Source of the DNA: a candidate division FCPU426 bacterium
GTDB taxonomy: Bacteria > Oederibacteriota > Muellerivitia > Muellerivitales > Muellerivitaceae
Length of the DNA stretch: 30,336 bases
Direction: 5' to 3'
Assembly: GCA_963771075.1 (NCBI GenBank)
Contig: CAVYSE010000012.1
Location: 1 to 30,336, forward strand
The stretch's first letter is position 1. The number at the start of each line of letters is the position of its first letter. The translations under genes and the position numbers were made by a program. The notes below the pieces were generated by a model that saw nothing but the letters and a program-made list of their open reading frames with translations, did not search any database and was not told where the DNA came from. Shown piece by piece: positions 1 through 8,838 of this stretch.

Positions 1-307
1 TATACCGACGAAAAAGCGCGCCGATTCCGATCCAAAGTGCGCAGTGATTCCGCCGCAAAGTGCGCAGTTATTTGACCAGCTTAGCCGGAAGCGACAAGGG
101 TGTGGGAATGGTGTTGCACACATTTCGGAACATGGTTCCATTCCTATGCTGTTGAGGGAATCTCCTTTCTTTTTTTGATCATACATTCTGATGTGCCTGG
201 TGAGGAAATATTTATTCTTCACCATGCCCCGAAACTCAACTCCATCTCCGATCACCCAAAAGAAGGGCCGTTACGTGCATAAAATATTTCTCTCCCCATG
301 ACAAAAA

Positions 308-1046
308 TTATTTTTTCGTTCCCCGACGGGTTTTCCTCATGGACTCCCCTTTCATCGTGATCTTGTGGGAGTTGTGCACCAAACGGTCCAGGATGGCGTC
401 GGAGAGTGTCGGGTTTCCCAAAGCTTCATGCCACTCTTCCACCGGAATTTGGGCGGATACGAGGGTGGACTTACGATCGTAGCGGTCTTCCAGGATCTCG
501 AACAAGGCCCTTCGTTGTTCATCCACCAATGGCATGGAAGCCCAATCGTCCAGGATCAAAAGGTCAAACTTGGCCAGGCATCAAGGAATTTCAAATATTT
601 TCCCTCCACCCCGGGAGATGGCCAATTCCTCGAAGAGCCTTGGAAACCTCAAATACAACACCCGATGACCTTCCCGGCAGGCCTTTTGACCAAAGGCACA
701 AGCCAGATAACTTTTGCCTTCCCCGGTGGGTCCCACAATCAGACAGTTGTCGTGGTCTGAAATCCAACCGCAAGAAGCCAGGGACATCACTTGGCCTTTG
801 TCCAGGCCTCGGGGTTGCTTGAAGTCCAAATCCTCCATACAAGCGTTCAGCCAGCTTGGCCGTACGCAGACGGCTGACGAGTCTTTTGTTCTCTCGTACC
901 GTCATCTCCCGGTCCACCAAAAGCCCGAGCCTTTCCTCGAAACTCAAGGATTTGCAGTTCTTGTTTTCTATTTGCTCCTTGAAAGCTTTCAGCATTCCTT
1001 CCAGGCGTAATGCGGACAACTTTTCCAACATCGGTTGAGCCAACAT
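308..1046 (-). pseudogene. istB: IstB AAA+ helper ATPase, split by two frameshifts (~845 and ~585)
   Basis: Three ORF pieces join into one IstB: LSFEERLGLLVDRE / Walker A GPTGEGKS / Walker B ILDDW and AILDRLVHNSHKITMKGESMR. The breaks may be sequencing errors. Confidence 0.9.
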
Positions 1047-1056
1047 ATAGTCTCCT

Positions 1057-2606
1057 TTAGTTTTGAGTTTGGTAATACTGCGCGCCTCGGACAAACTCAT
1101 GTTCCAAGGCGGGTAATACCGGCTGCTCTTCTACCAATGGCTTTTGATCCAATCCCGATTGGAGAATGGCATGGATCTGACGCAACTTGGGATCAGCCAG
1201 TTTCGAAACTCTCCGACAAGCCGCTTCCAGGCGATCGGGCCCATAGGTTTTTCCCAAGCGCATGATCCCCAAACAGGGCCTAAACCCCTGTTGAGGATGC
1301 ACATGGTTGGACAATATCTTTTCAACTACCGCCTTCGTGGCTTCCCCTGATTGGGCGGCCCATTGGGCCAATCTCACGGGCGTCCATTCGGCATATTCCC
1401 TGTGGTTTTGAGGCATATGTTCCACCAGCGTGGTGTAGCCGTAATCGACGAAGGATCGAACGTGGCTGGCCACCCTCTGGCCTTTGTGGAAAATCTCCAC
1501 CACCGCGCTTGTGACCCTCGCTTCCAACTGCTGGTGTGCCAGTTGATAGGGCGCGCTGTAGTAGTGTTTTTTCAGCTCAACGTGGTAGTCAATGTTCACA
1601 CGCACCTTTTTCCATTCAGCAAACTCGTAAGGGTATTGGGGAAGGGGCTTTAATGCTGGTTTTTCAAGGGTTTCAAACTGTTGGAGACGGCTTCCCGGCA
1701 GTTTTTGGAAAGGCTTTTCGTTGTAGTCCTTCAGGCGTTCCCAGAGGGCCTCATTGAGTTCATGCAGGGAGAAAAAGGTACGGTTTCGCAAAGCCGCCAG
1801 AATCCATCTTTCCGCCACCTGGACCCCCGATTCCACCTTGGCCTTATCCCGGGGTTTGAGGGGTCGGGCTGGAAGAATCGCCGCTTGGTAATGCCGAGCC
1901 ATTTCCTGATAGGTAGCGTTCAGGGTGGGTTCGTAGCGGTGGGCCAACACGACTCCACTTTTGAGATTATCTGGAATTAACAGTTCACTGGTTCCGCCAA
2001 AAAATTCAAATGCCCTGACATGGGAAGCGATCCAATTAGGCAACTCTTGGGTCCAGGTGGCTTCCACGTAGGTGTAGCTGCTGGCCCCCAAGACCGCCAC
2101 GAAGATCTGGGCTTGTTTCACTTCGCCGGTTTTTCGATCCACTACTCCCATCGTCATTCCGGCATAATCCACGAACATCTTTTCCCCGGCCTTGTGAGAC
2201 TGTCTCATCACCACGTCCAAGGTTTTTGCCCAGGCACGGTAAAGATCGCAGAATCGACTGTATCCATATCCTTGGGAATTGGCTTGGCTGTATTCGCTCC
2301 ACAAAAGCATGAGCGTCACGCCTTTTCTCTGAAGTTCCTGGTGAATCCAGGAAAAGTCCGGAAGAGTTCGATTCTCGGTGGGAATACAGGGGGTAGGAGG
2401 AAAAAGCTGTTTTTCCAGCATTTCATCCGTTAAATCTTCCGGCAATGGCCAGTCAGGCGGCAAGCGTTCAACTTCTTGAGATATCCCCTCACTGCGGTGG
2501 GACTTATTCCACAGGATTGGGCTATCGCCCGATGACTTAACTTCTGCTCAAACCTTAACCTCAATACTTCTCGAATTTGACGCATGGGGATTTTTTCCCT
2601 CGGCAT
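1057..2606 (-). pseudogene. istA: IstA DDE transposase with one frameshift near 2465
   Basis: The N-terminal HTH piece (MPREKIPMRQIREVLRL, RBS AGGAGG) lies in one frame. The catalytic part ([23 protein letters not shown]) lies in the 468-aa ORF. Confidence 0.9.
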
Positions 2607-2806
2607 GGGCCCTCCTCCTGATGGATTCAAAAGGAAGCACCATACCAACTAACAGGAATTCACCCTGCGTCGCTTTCACCGAAAAGCTTCTCCCGAAACA
2701 ACGTGCCAAAGTTGCGCACTTTGCGTCGGAATCACTGCGCACATTCGATCGGAATCGGTGCGCACTTTAAATCGGAATCAATGGGCACTTTGACTCGGAA
2801 TACCCA

Positions 2807-3252
2807 GAGCATCTCGTTACAGCTAAACTTGGCCGCCTTGGTTATATTGCCGCACCTTTCGCAGGGAACGTACCCGATTTTGACTTGATGGCCGCAGATG
2901 TGAGGGGGATTCCATCCCTATTCAAGTAAAAGCCATCAATGGGCCCTCCTGGCAGTTCAACGCCAAGAAGTTTCTGGACATCGATTTGAAAAATGGTTTC
3001 CAAACTGTCCGGGGGGTAAAAAAGGTTCCGAACCCCAACCTTTTGTGTATCTTTGTCTTGCTTGGTAAAAACGAACGGGAAGATGAATTTTATCTCTTCG
3101 AGTTCAAGGCCCTCCAAAAGTATTTTTCCCTGGCCTATAAAGGCGGACGCCGGGTCAAAAACCCCGAGTCTTTCCATTGCGCGATTTGGCCAAAGGACTT
3201 GAAGAAGTATCGGGATAATTGGGATTTATTAAAATCTGAATTTCCAAAATAA
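2807..3252 (+). pseudogene. Small PD-(D/E)XK-type nuclease, 5'-truncated by IS21 and with a frameshift in a G-run (~2905)
   Basis: Manual translation from 2807 gives EHLVTAKLGRLGYIAAPFAGNVPDFDLMAADVRG, then (shifted) DSIPIQVKAING, which runs into the 2986-3252 ORF. This gives an E...PD.D...QVK motif. Confidence 0.65.
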
Positions 3253-3259
3253 GGTATAC

Positions 3260-3508
3260 ATGCCCAAACCCTTCCTTAAATCCGACTTCAAAGCGGCCGT
3301 CCGGGATCCCGAATTAGGGAGGATCTACACCGGAATTGAGCATCACGACGCCCTAAAAGCGGCAGAGGCGGACGGTAATCGCCACTTAGGAATGGAAAAT
3401 ACCGGCTTCCAACACAAGGACGGCACCTTCTACACGCGAGCCGAAACCCAGCAGGAATGGGGCTTCAAAACGAGCCATGAACTGCGTGAGGAATTAGGAG
3501 ATTCATAA
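3260..3508 (+). CDS. hypothetical protein (82 aa)
   Basis: ATG with AAGG upstream; tightly packed between its neighbours. Confidence 0.6.
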   Translation: MPKPFLKSDFKAAVRDPELGRIYTGIEHHDALKAAEADGNRHLGMENTGFQHKDGTFYTRAETQQEWGFKTSHELREELGDS

Positions 3509-3514
3509 TAATTT

Positions 3515-4483
3515 ATGAGTAAAATTATTTTGACAATCATGAGCATTCTTTTATTTTTTGTTTTGATCCAATTAATTACTTTTTTTAATATTTTTTCAAG
3601 TAATTATAAAAAATACGGTTTTAAAAAAGCGGTCAAAAGAATTGTTATTCCCGATTTAACTACCGTGGTAAACATTTTTGTCCCAATTATTGTTCTATGG
3701 CTGACCTACCAAGCCAATCAGGAGGGGGCAGGTCTTCTTAAGGAAAATGAAAAGTTTTTGGAAACCGCAAGGAACATCAACGAACAAGCCGAAACCTTTC
3801 AAAAACAATCCCTTGAATCTTTCAAAACATTAAATAATGAAACCAAAAATGTTTTGGATGGGGCCTCCGAAATGAATAAAAGAAGTGTGGATTTTCTTGA
3901 GGCTTCCAAAGGTTCATTAGAAACCTTTAGGAACACGGCCAATGAACTTCAAAAGGTCCTTCAATCAAATATAGACCTTGCAAATAAGCAAATTGAAATA
4001 TTAACCAAAACTTTAAAGCGGGAAGAGGAAATAATGAACCGCACGGCCATAATCGATGTTTATTGCGGTGGCCTAGATTTGAATAAGAGAAAAGATCAAG
4101 AGCCTGTTTCTCTAGACGTTGCTTCTGGGGAAGAATGGACTAAACTCAATTTTGTTATTGGAAATTCAGGATTGATCCCTTTAAAAAACCCCATAATTTT
4201 ATTAACGGTCAATCCTTCGTCAGTTTGCATAAAGGATTCCACTCCCGGCGAAGATTGTAATTTCCGTCAGTTTTCCGGTTTAAATATAATTAGTGCCATT
4301 AATCCAGGGACTTTAAATAAATTTCCTATTGAAGTTAAAATTCCTAATGAGGTTAAAAATATCCAAGTGAACGTTCAGATTAGTGGAGAAGGTCTTCAAG
4401 GACAGGTTGGATCAATGGTTATCTTCAAGGTTAACCGGCTTAAACCTACTCCCACCGTTCCTACGAGTCAGAAAACACCATGA
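3515..4483 (+). CDS. membrane-anchored protein with coiled coil and beta-rich C-terminal domain
   Basis: 322-aa ORF with two N-terminal hydrophobic helices and a heptad-like E/K/N/L middle; markedly AT-rich. Confidence 0.75.
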   Translation: MSKIILTIMSILLFFVLIQLITFFNIFSSNYKKYGFKKAVKRIVIPDLTTVVNIFVPIIVLWLTYQANQEGAGLLKENEKFLETARNINEQAETFQKQSLESFKTLNNETKNVLDGASEMNKRSVDFLEASKGSLETFRNTANELQKVLQSNIDLANKQIEILTKTLKREEEIMNRTAIIDVYCGGLDLNKRKDQEPVSLDVASGEEWTKLNFVIGNSGLIPLKNPIILLTVNPSSVCIKDSTPGEDCNFRQFSGLNIISAINPGTLNKFPIEVKIPNEVKNIQVNVQISGEGLQGQVGSMVIFKVNRLKPTPTVPTSQKTP

Positions 4484-4738
4484 AAGACTTCCCCTTCTGG
4501 CGCGGCGCGATCCACAACGCAAAGACGGCTTTCTTCCTGAAATCCGTTGGGGTAGACCTTGCACAGATTCCCAAGGAATCTGCACCGGCAACCTTCGCCC
4601 TCAACTGGAAGTTTCGAGCGGCCAGCCCAATTCCAGGGGCAAACCGAGCTTCTTAACGACGGGGAAAAGAGACTCGCCGAATTCCACAATCCGAAGGGCC
4701 TTTGGCCCTGATAGAATTCGGCACTAAGCTTCGTCGGC

Positions 4739-5140
4739 TTGAGGGCCAACGGCTTGACTGCCGACCAGGTGGCCGCCCTCCGGAAGATTTATTCGAATAA
4801 ATTGAAAGACTTTAAAGAAGTGCCCGTGGCCACCAGCTCCCCCCGCCAGGAGGAAAAGCCCCACCCAGAAACCGAAGAATCCGTCGAAGCCGTTGTTTGT
4901 ACCAAATGTGGCCAGCCGATCACCATCGAGCGTTTGGAGGCCGTGCCAGCCACTAAAAAGTGCGTAAAATGCCAGGAGAAGGCCGAATCCGGGGAGGAAC
5001 AAAGACCCCAGGCGTCTAAATGTAAGCGGTGTGGGTCCGTTATGGTTTGGAGAATGACGAAGAACGTCAGGCCCGCGAAGTATTTCCTTGGTTGCTCCAA
5101 TTACCCAAAGTGCACCTATATTGGGGTTAGTGCTTTTTAA
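4739..5140 (+). CDS. TraR/DksA-type C4 zinc finger fused to a topoisomerase-type C4 zinc ribbon (start uncertain)
   Basis: CTKCGQPITIERLEAVPATKKCVKCQ and CKRCGSVMVWR...FLGCSNYPKC. Confidence 0.75.
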   Translation: MRANGLTADQVAALRKIYSNKLKDFKEVPVATSSPRQEEKPHPETEESVEAVVCTKCGQPITIERLEAVPATKKCVKCQEKAESGEEQRPQASKCKRCGSVMVWRMTKNVRPAKYFLGCSNYPKCTYIGVSAF

Positions 5141-5155
5141 AGAAGGATAGAAAAC

Positions 5156-5341
5156 ATGGCTTTTTTCTTTTGCCCACCATGCCAAAACACCTTTAATGAA
5201 AGCCGGGATCATGGAAAACCTAACCCTGTGTGCCCTGTATGCCAAGGACCAACAAAAGATTTACCCCGAAACAAAGCCGAAAGAGAGAAGACTATTGAAA
5301 CTTTAATTGGGGAAAAGCTTGTTAAAGGTTCCCCATCCTAA
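5156..5341 (+). CDS. small zinc-ribbon protein
   Basis: CPPC...CPVC; RBS AAGGA upstream. Confidence 0.55.
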   Translation: MAFFFCPPCQNTFNESRDHGKPNPVCPVCQGPTKDLPRNKAEREKTIETLIGEKLVKGSPS

Positions 5342-5347
5342 AGATCC

Positions 5348-5584
5348 TTGGTTGTTAGGGGCGAACAATATAAAGGGGTGTGCCCGGTGGACCAGCTGGA
5401 ACCAGGCGATAAGTTGAAACATCACATCACCGGCGAGGAAGGAGTATTCATAAAACCCTTGCCCTGGACCATAGGTTCGAACCACGGGGAAGGGCTTTTA
5501 GTGGACGTGAACGGCCACGAAAGATTTTGGATTTTTGAGGAAACGACCTTTTTGGAAAGACCAGCTCCTAAACAAGGCCCCTAG
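5348..5584 (+). CDS. hypothetical protein (start uncertain)
   Basis: ORF fills the gap in a co-directional gene run; protein-like composition. Confidence 0.4.
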   Translation: MVVRGEQYKGVCPVDQLEPGDKLKHHITGEEGVFIKPLPWTIGSNHGEGLLVDVNGHERFWIFEETTFLERPAPKQGP

Positions 5585-5674
5585 CTGGCCGCCAGTTGAA
5601 AGATTATTGCTTGGGTGGACCAGTTGAGACGCTGTTTTTTAGAATAAATTTTAGGAAAGAAAAGGAATCATAGA

Positions 5675-5875
5675 ATGGCACAGGGAATAGTGAAGTGGTT
5701 CAAAAACGAGAAGGGTTTTGGTTTTATTACTCAAGAAGGGGGACCGGACTTATTCGTGCATTTTTCTGAAATCCAAGGCGAAGGTTTCAAGAGCCTGAAT
5801 GAAGGGGACCGCGTTGAGTTTGATGTGGCCCAAGGCGATAAGGGACCAAAGGCGGTTAAAGTCCGCAAAATATAA
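5675..5875 (+). CDS. cspA: cold-shock protein (CspA family)
   Basis: [15 protein letters not shown] (RNP1), [17 protein letters not shown] (RNP2); RBS AAGGA. Confidence 0.97.
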   Translation: MAQGIVKWFKNEKGFGFITQEGGPDLFVHFSEIQGEGFKSLNEGDRVEFDVAQGDKGPKAVKVRKI

Positions 5876-6033
5876 CCGTAAATTTAGGCGGACCCCGGGC
5901 CACAGTGGACCCGGGCGGCCGCCAGTGGACCAGAACACCCCCAGCCCAGGGCATTGGTTTTCCCGTTTAAGCCCCTTCGGACTATAATCCCTTTCGCTCC
6001 ATAAGGATTTTAGATATGCCCCCTGATGCAAAC

Positions 6034-6390
6034 ATGTTCATTGAAAAAAGAGTCCACCCTCGAGTTACACTAAAAATCCCCGTGAAGTACCGGGTGATTG
6101 AGGACCAGAAAGAAATAGAGAACGTCCACGAGCGGAAAATAAACGTGCTTACAAGTCATACCTTTAACGTAAGTTTGGGGGGGTTGTACCTGGTCCCGGA
6201 TCATGTCCTCAACGTGGGTAGTGTCCTTCGAATGGATATTACGCTTCCGGAGATTTCCGACATGTTTTCAGTTTATGCAGAGGTGGTTTGGACCAATGAT
6301 ACCGGAGCGGGACTTCACTTCGAGGCGATAAAAGAAGAGGACTTGGACACTTTGAAGGAATATCTTTCACAGAAAACCCATAGTAAATAA
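6034..6390 (+). CDS. PilZ-domain protein
   Basis: EKRVHPR (RxxxR) and NVSLGG (D/NxSxxG) c-di-GMP-binding motifs, plus AEVVW...GLHF. An alternative start lies at 6016. Confidence 0.88.
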   Translation: MFIEKRVHPRVTLKIPVKYRVIEDQKEIENVHERKINVLTSHTFNVSLGGLYLVPDHVLNVGSVLRMDITLPEISDMFSVYAEVVWTNDTGAGLHFEAIKEEDLDTLKEYLSQKTHSK

Positions 6391-6410
6391 GGCAACAAGG
6401 ATTTTTTGAT

Positions 6411-7085
6411 ATGGAACGTGTAAGTGTTTTTATTGACGGGAGTAATTTCTACTTCGCCCTCAAGCGCAACAACCGGGCCACCCGGGTTGATTACCACGAA
6501 TTATCAAAGGCTTTAGCCGGGCCAGATCGCAAGCTTGTCCGCACCTTTTACTACAATTCAGCCTATGACCCGGTTACAGCGCCTGAGCAGAGCAAGGCCC
6601 AGCAGCCCTTTTTGGATTCTTTGGACCGAACGCCCTACCTTGAGTTAAGGCTCGGGAGACTGCACCCCCTTAGCCTTGGTGGTTATAAGGAGAAGGGAAC
6701 TGATGTTCTTTTGTCCGGGGACTTGGTTTATTACGCCGCCAGGAACTTATTCGATACGGCCATCATTTATACCGAGGACTCGGACTTCGCTTACTCCATC
6801 AATAAAGCTAAGGAGCTGGGGAAGCACATTGAAATTTGTTCTTTCGCGGACTCACAGCAGAGGGATTTGATACGCGAGGGCGATTCTTTTATTCACCTTG
6901 ATAAGGTTTTGGAGAAATACGCAGAGAAGATATTCCCGCAGGAGATCAAATCCAACGTTGTGAATTTGCCCGCAGAAAAGAAGATCGTGGAAAAGAAACC
7001 CGAGGAACCCCCGGTTAAAAGACCAAGGGGAAGGCCCAAGACGAAAGGCATCCTTGACGGCTTAAAGAAGATCATCGAAGGTTAA
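6411..7085 (+). CDS. NYN-domain (LabA/DUF88-like) protein with C-terminal AT-hook-like motif
   Basis: VFIDGSNF, EKGTDV, TEDSDF and GKHIEI motifs; tail KRPRGRPK. Confidence 0.9.
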   Translation: MERVSVFIDGSNFYFALKRNNRATRVDYHELSKALAGPDRKLVRTFYYNSAYDPVTAPEQSKAQQPFLDSLDRTPYLELRLGRLHPLSLGGYKEKGTDVLLSGDLVYYAARNLFDTAIIYTEDSDFAYSINKAKELGKHIEICSFADSQQRDLIREGDSFIHLDKVLEKYAEKIFPQEIKSNVVNLPAEKKIVEKKPEEPPVKRPRGRPKTKGILDGLKKIIEG

Positions 7086-7219
7086 GATGATGCCCGGCCA
7101 GCGCTGGTAAACTACATACAAATCCTGGCCAGATCAGCCGGGAGAGCCCACCCCCGATAAATACCTCTAATGACAATAATTTACTTGTTTTAATTAATTA
7201 ATATATTAACATGTGATAT

Positions 7220-7447
7220 ATGGGCCCCCAAACTTTACCTAAATACACCTGTTTGCGTTGCGATTATGTGTGGATACCACGGAAAGACGGATTACCGAGG
7301 GTATGCGCTCATTGCAGATCGCCGTATTGGAATAAGCCGAGGGGTCAGCAGCGCGGTCGGCCAAGGAGCCAGATGGTTCTTCCTTTGCCGGAACCAAGAG
7401 CACCTAGGCGAACGCCTAATCAACCCAAGAACAGAAGGACAAAGTGA
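7220..7447 (+). CDS. small C4 zinc-ribbon protein with basic tail
   Basis: CLRCDYVWIPRK..PRVCAHCRSPYWNKPR and RGRPR; preceded by an AT-rich promoter-like stretch (7170-7219). Confidence 0.7.
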   Translation: MGPQTLPKYTCLRCDYVWIPRKDGLPRVCAHCRSPYWNKPRGQQRGRPRSQMVLPLPEPRAPRRTPNQPKNRRTK

Positions 7448-7463
7448 AAACGTAGAGAGCTCA

Positions 7464-7502
7464 AAATAAAAAGCCCCGAATCCTTCGCAAGATTCAGGGC
7501 TT
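7464..7502 (-). terminator. intrinsic terminator for the antisense transcript
   Basis: Stem AAGCCCCGAATC/GATTCAGGGCTT. Its single C.A mismatch on + is a U.G pair on -, and a U-tract follows on -. Confidence 0.65.
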
Positions 7503-7654
7503 GAGAGTTTCGCCGATCTGACCACCGTCCAAAGTTTTCAGATTGGCTTAGATTTTTCAGACGCTAGAAGTGCGTTCGCTACGCCCTTTTTGCGTTCTGG
7601 ACATCCAACTGGGGGCCTACCTTCGCGGGGCGTGTCCCTTACAGAGGAGCCAGT
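7464..7654 (-). ncRNA. putative counter-transcribed (antisense) RNA in the rep leader
   Basis: Minus-strand promoter at 7688-7661 and a minus-strand intrinsic terminator at 7502-7464 bracket a hairpin-containing ~190-nt segment. Confidence 0.55.
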
Positions 7655-7660
7655 GAGGCT

Positions 7661-7688
7661 ATTTTAGCCACTGGCCCTTGGGTGTCAA
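7661..7688 (-). promoter_or_regulatory. sigma70-type promoter pointing away from rep
   Basis: TTGACA-N16-TAAAAT on the minus strand. Confidence 0.6.
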
Positions 7689-7713
7689 TACCCTTTTAAG
7701 AGCCAGGAGTTGT

Positions 7714-8838
7714 ATGCCGGAGACTTTAAGACCCAAAACCATTGAGTCCGACGACACCCACGCTATAAGTGTCCTTTCCAACCTAGGGTTGCCCTACGTT
7801 TGGATCCCCTATCTCGTAATCGACTTTTACGGCCCTGGGATGGGCCGCGCTGGCTGGCTTTACACCGTTCTTACCCGCCTGGCTGACCACGACACAAAGA
7901 TTGTCGTTAAATACACCGCCGAGGACATTGGGAAGTTATGCGGATGCGACCGAGACACTGTTCACGCCGGGATAAAACGTTTGGAAGCTTTGGGGTTGAT
8001 CAAGAAAATCCCCGGGGACAGGGCTAAAACCAACGAATATTTGCTCATAGAGCCTATTTTCCCGGCTCCTGACCACATCGTAGTTGAATATTTTCCGAAA
8101 GGCTGGAAGCCCTCAAAATCGTCCCTTTTGGCCCTTCAGAAATCGGGCCTTCAATCGAAATATACCCACATACCACAGGTAGTAGGTGAAAATGGGTCGA
8201 GCGGAAATTTTCCGCACGAGGATTCCGAGCCGTATATTTCCCCGAATGAGCCGAATAATTCCGCACGATCAAGCGGAAATTCAGGCCTACCGAGCCGAGA
8301 AAATAGCGTTATGAGCGGAAAAAACCAGCACCTTATAAACAAACAATCTTTAAAAGAAACAAACGAACAGGAAGAAGAGTTTGTCCGTTCCCTTTTTAAA
8401 ATATTTATAACCAAAAGCCCCAACACCGTTTTTGAAAGGTTTGAGGATCTTTGGTTCAAGACCTTTAACCTTTGTGAGGATAACCTAGCCCTGGCACAGG
8501 ATAGGTTTAAAAAAGGCGTTTTTGTCGTGGAGCAGTCCAAAATCGTCAAGGACCCGGAAGGATTGCTTTGGAAGGCCATCGAAAAGGGTTGGTCACCCAG
8601 GGCTACCCCCGAGACACCAACTCCACCAGGCGACGAGCAAAAGCGAATCGAGGACAAATACGACGAGGAATTAAAAGCACAGAGGAAGTCGGCAACGGTC
8701 GAGGTAATTTTGGATTCTTTGGATTTTTTCAAGAAGCACGATAAGAAAAACGACCCCCTGGATACCGTGAAAAAACTTTACGAGGGGAACCCGCACCTGA
8801 ACGAGGCGATTAAGCGTTTCACTGAAAGGGGCAAATAG
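7714..8838 (+). CDS. replication initiator-like protein with N-terminal winged helix-turn-helix
   Basis: RBS AGGAG; AEDIGKLCGCDRDTVHAGIKRLEALGLIKK...TNEY wHTH; low-complexity linker with internal repeats; KDPEGLLWKAIEKGW C-terminal motif; directly upstream of parAB. Confidence 0.78.
   Translation: MPETLRPKTIESDDTHAISVLSNLGLPYVWIPYLVIDFYGPGMGRAGWLYTVLTRLADHDTKIVVKYTAEDIGKLCGCDRDTVHAGIKRLEALGLIKKIPGDRAKTNEYLLIEPIFPAPDHIVVEYFPKGWKPSKSSLLALQKSGLQSKYTHIPQVVGENGSSGNFPHEDSEPYISPNEPNNSARSSGNSGLPSRENSVMSGKNQHLINKQSLKETNEQEEEFVRSLFKIFITKSPNTVFERFEDLWFKTFNLCEDNLALAQDRFKKGVFVVEQSKIVKDPEGLLWKAIEKGWSPRATPETPTPPGDEQKRIEDKYDEELKAQRKSATVEVILDSLDFFKKHDKKNDPLDTVKKLYEGNPHLNEAIKRFTERGK
8199..8331 (+). repeat. 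iteron-like degenerate repeats inside rep (candidate oriV)
   Basis: RAGC(G/C)G followed by an A/T-rich run starts at 8199, 8227, 8248, 8271, 8292 and 8313 (mostly 21-23 bp spacing), then A-rich DNA. Confidence 0.55.

Larger units (their letters stand above)
1..2806 (-). mobile_element. IS21-family insertion sequence (left end clipped by a few nt at the window edge)
   Basis: istA/istB pair. Both ends carry multiple ~22-bp GATTCCGnnnnAAAGTGCGCA-type repeats in inverted orientation (1-70 and 2712-2806). The right end finishes ...GGAATACCCA (TG on the minus strand), as expected for IS21. Confidence 0.93.

Noticed and set aside
1..70. Short periodic repeats (also 2712-2806) resembling a CRISPR array or iterons
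   Set aside because: They are the multiple transposase-binding repeats of IS21 ends: inverted between the two ends and without unique spacers
100..282. 60-aa ORF and other + strand ORFs within IS21
   Set aside because: No motifs; they lie inside the IS, mostly antisense to istA/istB
5587..5933. GGCCGCCAGT and GTGGACCAG short repeats around csp as insertion scars
   Set aside because: Only 9-10 bp and irregularly placed; cannot be distinguished from chance
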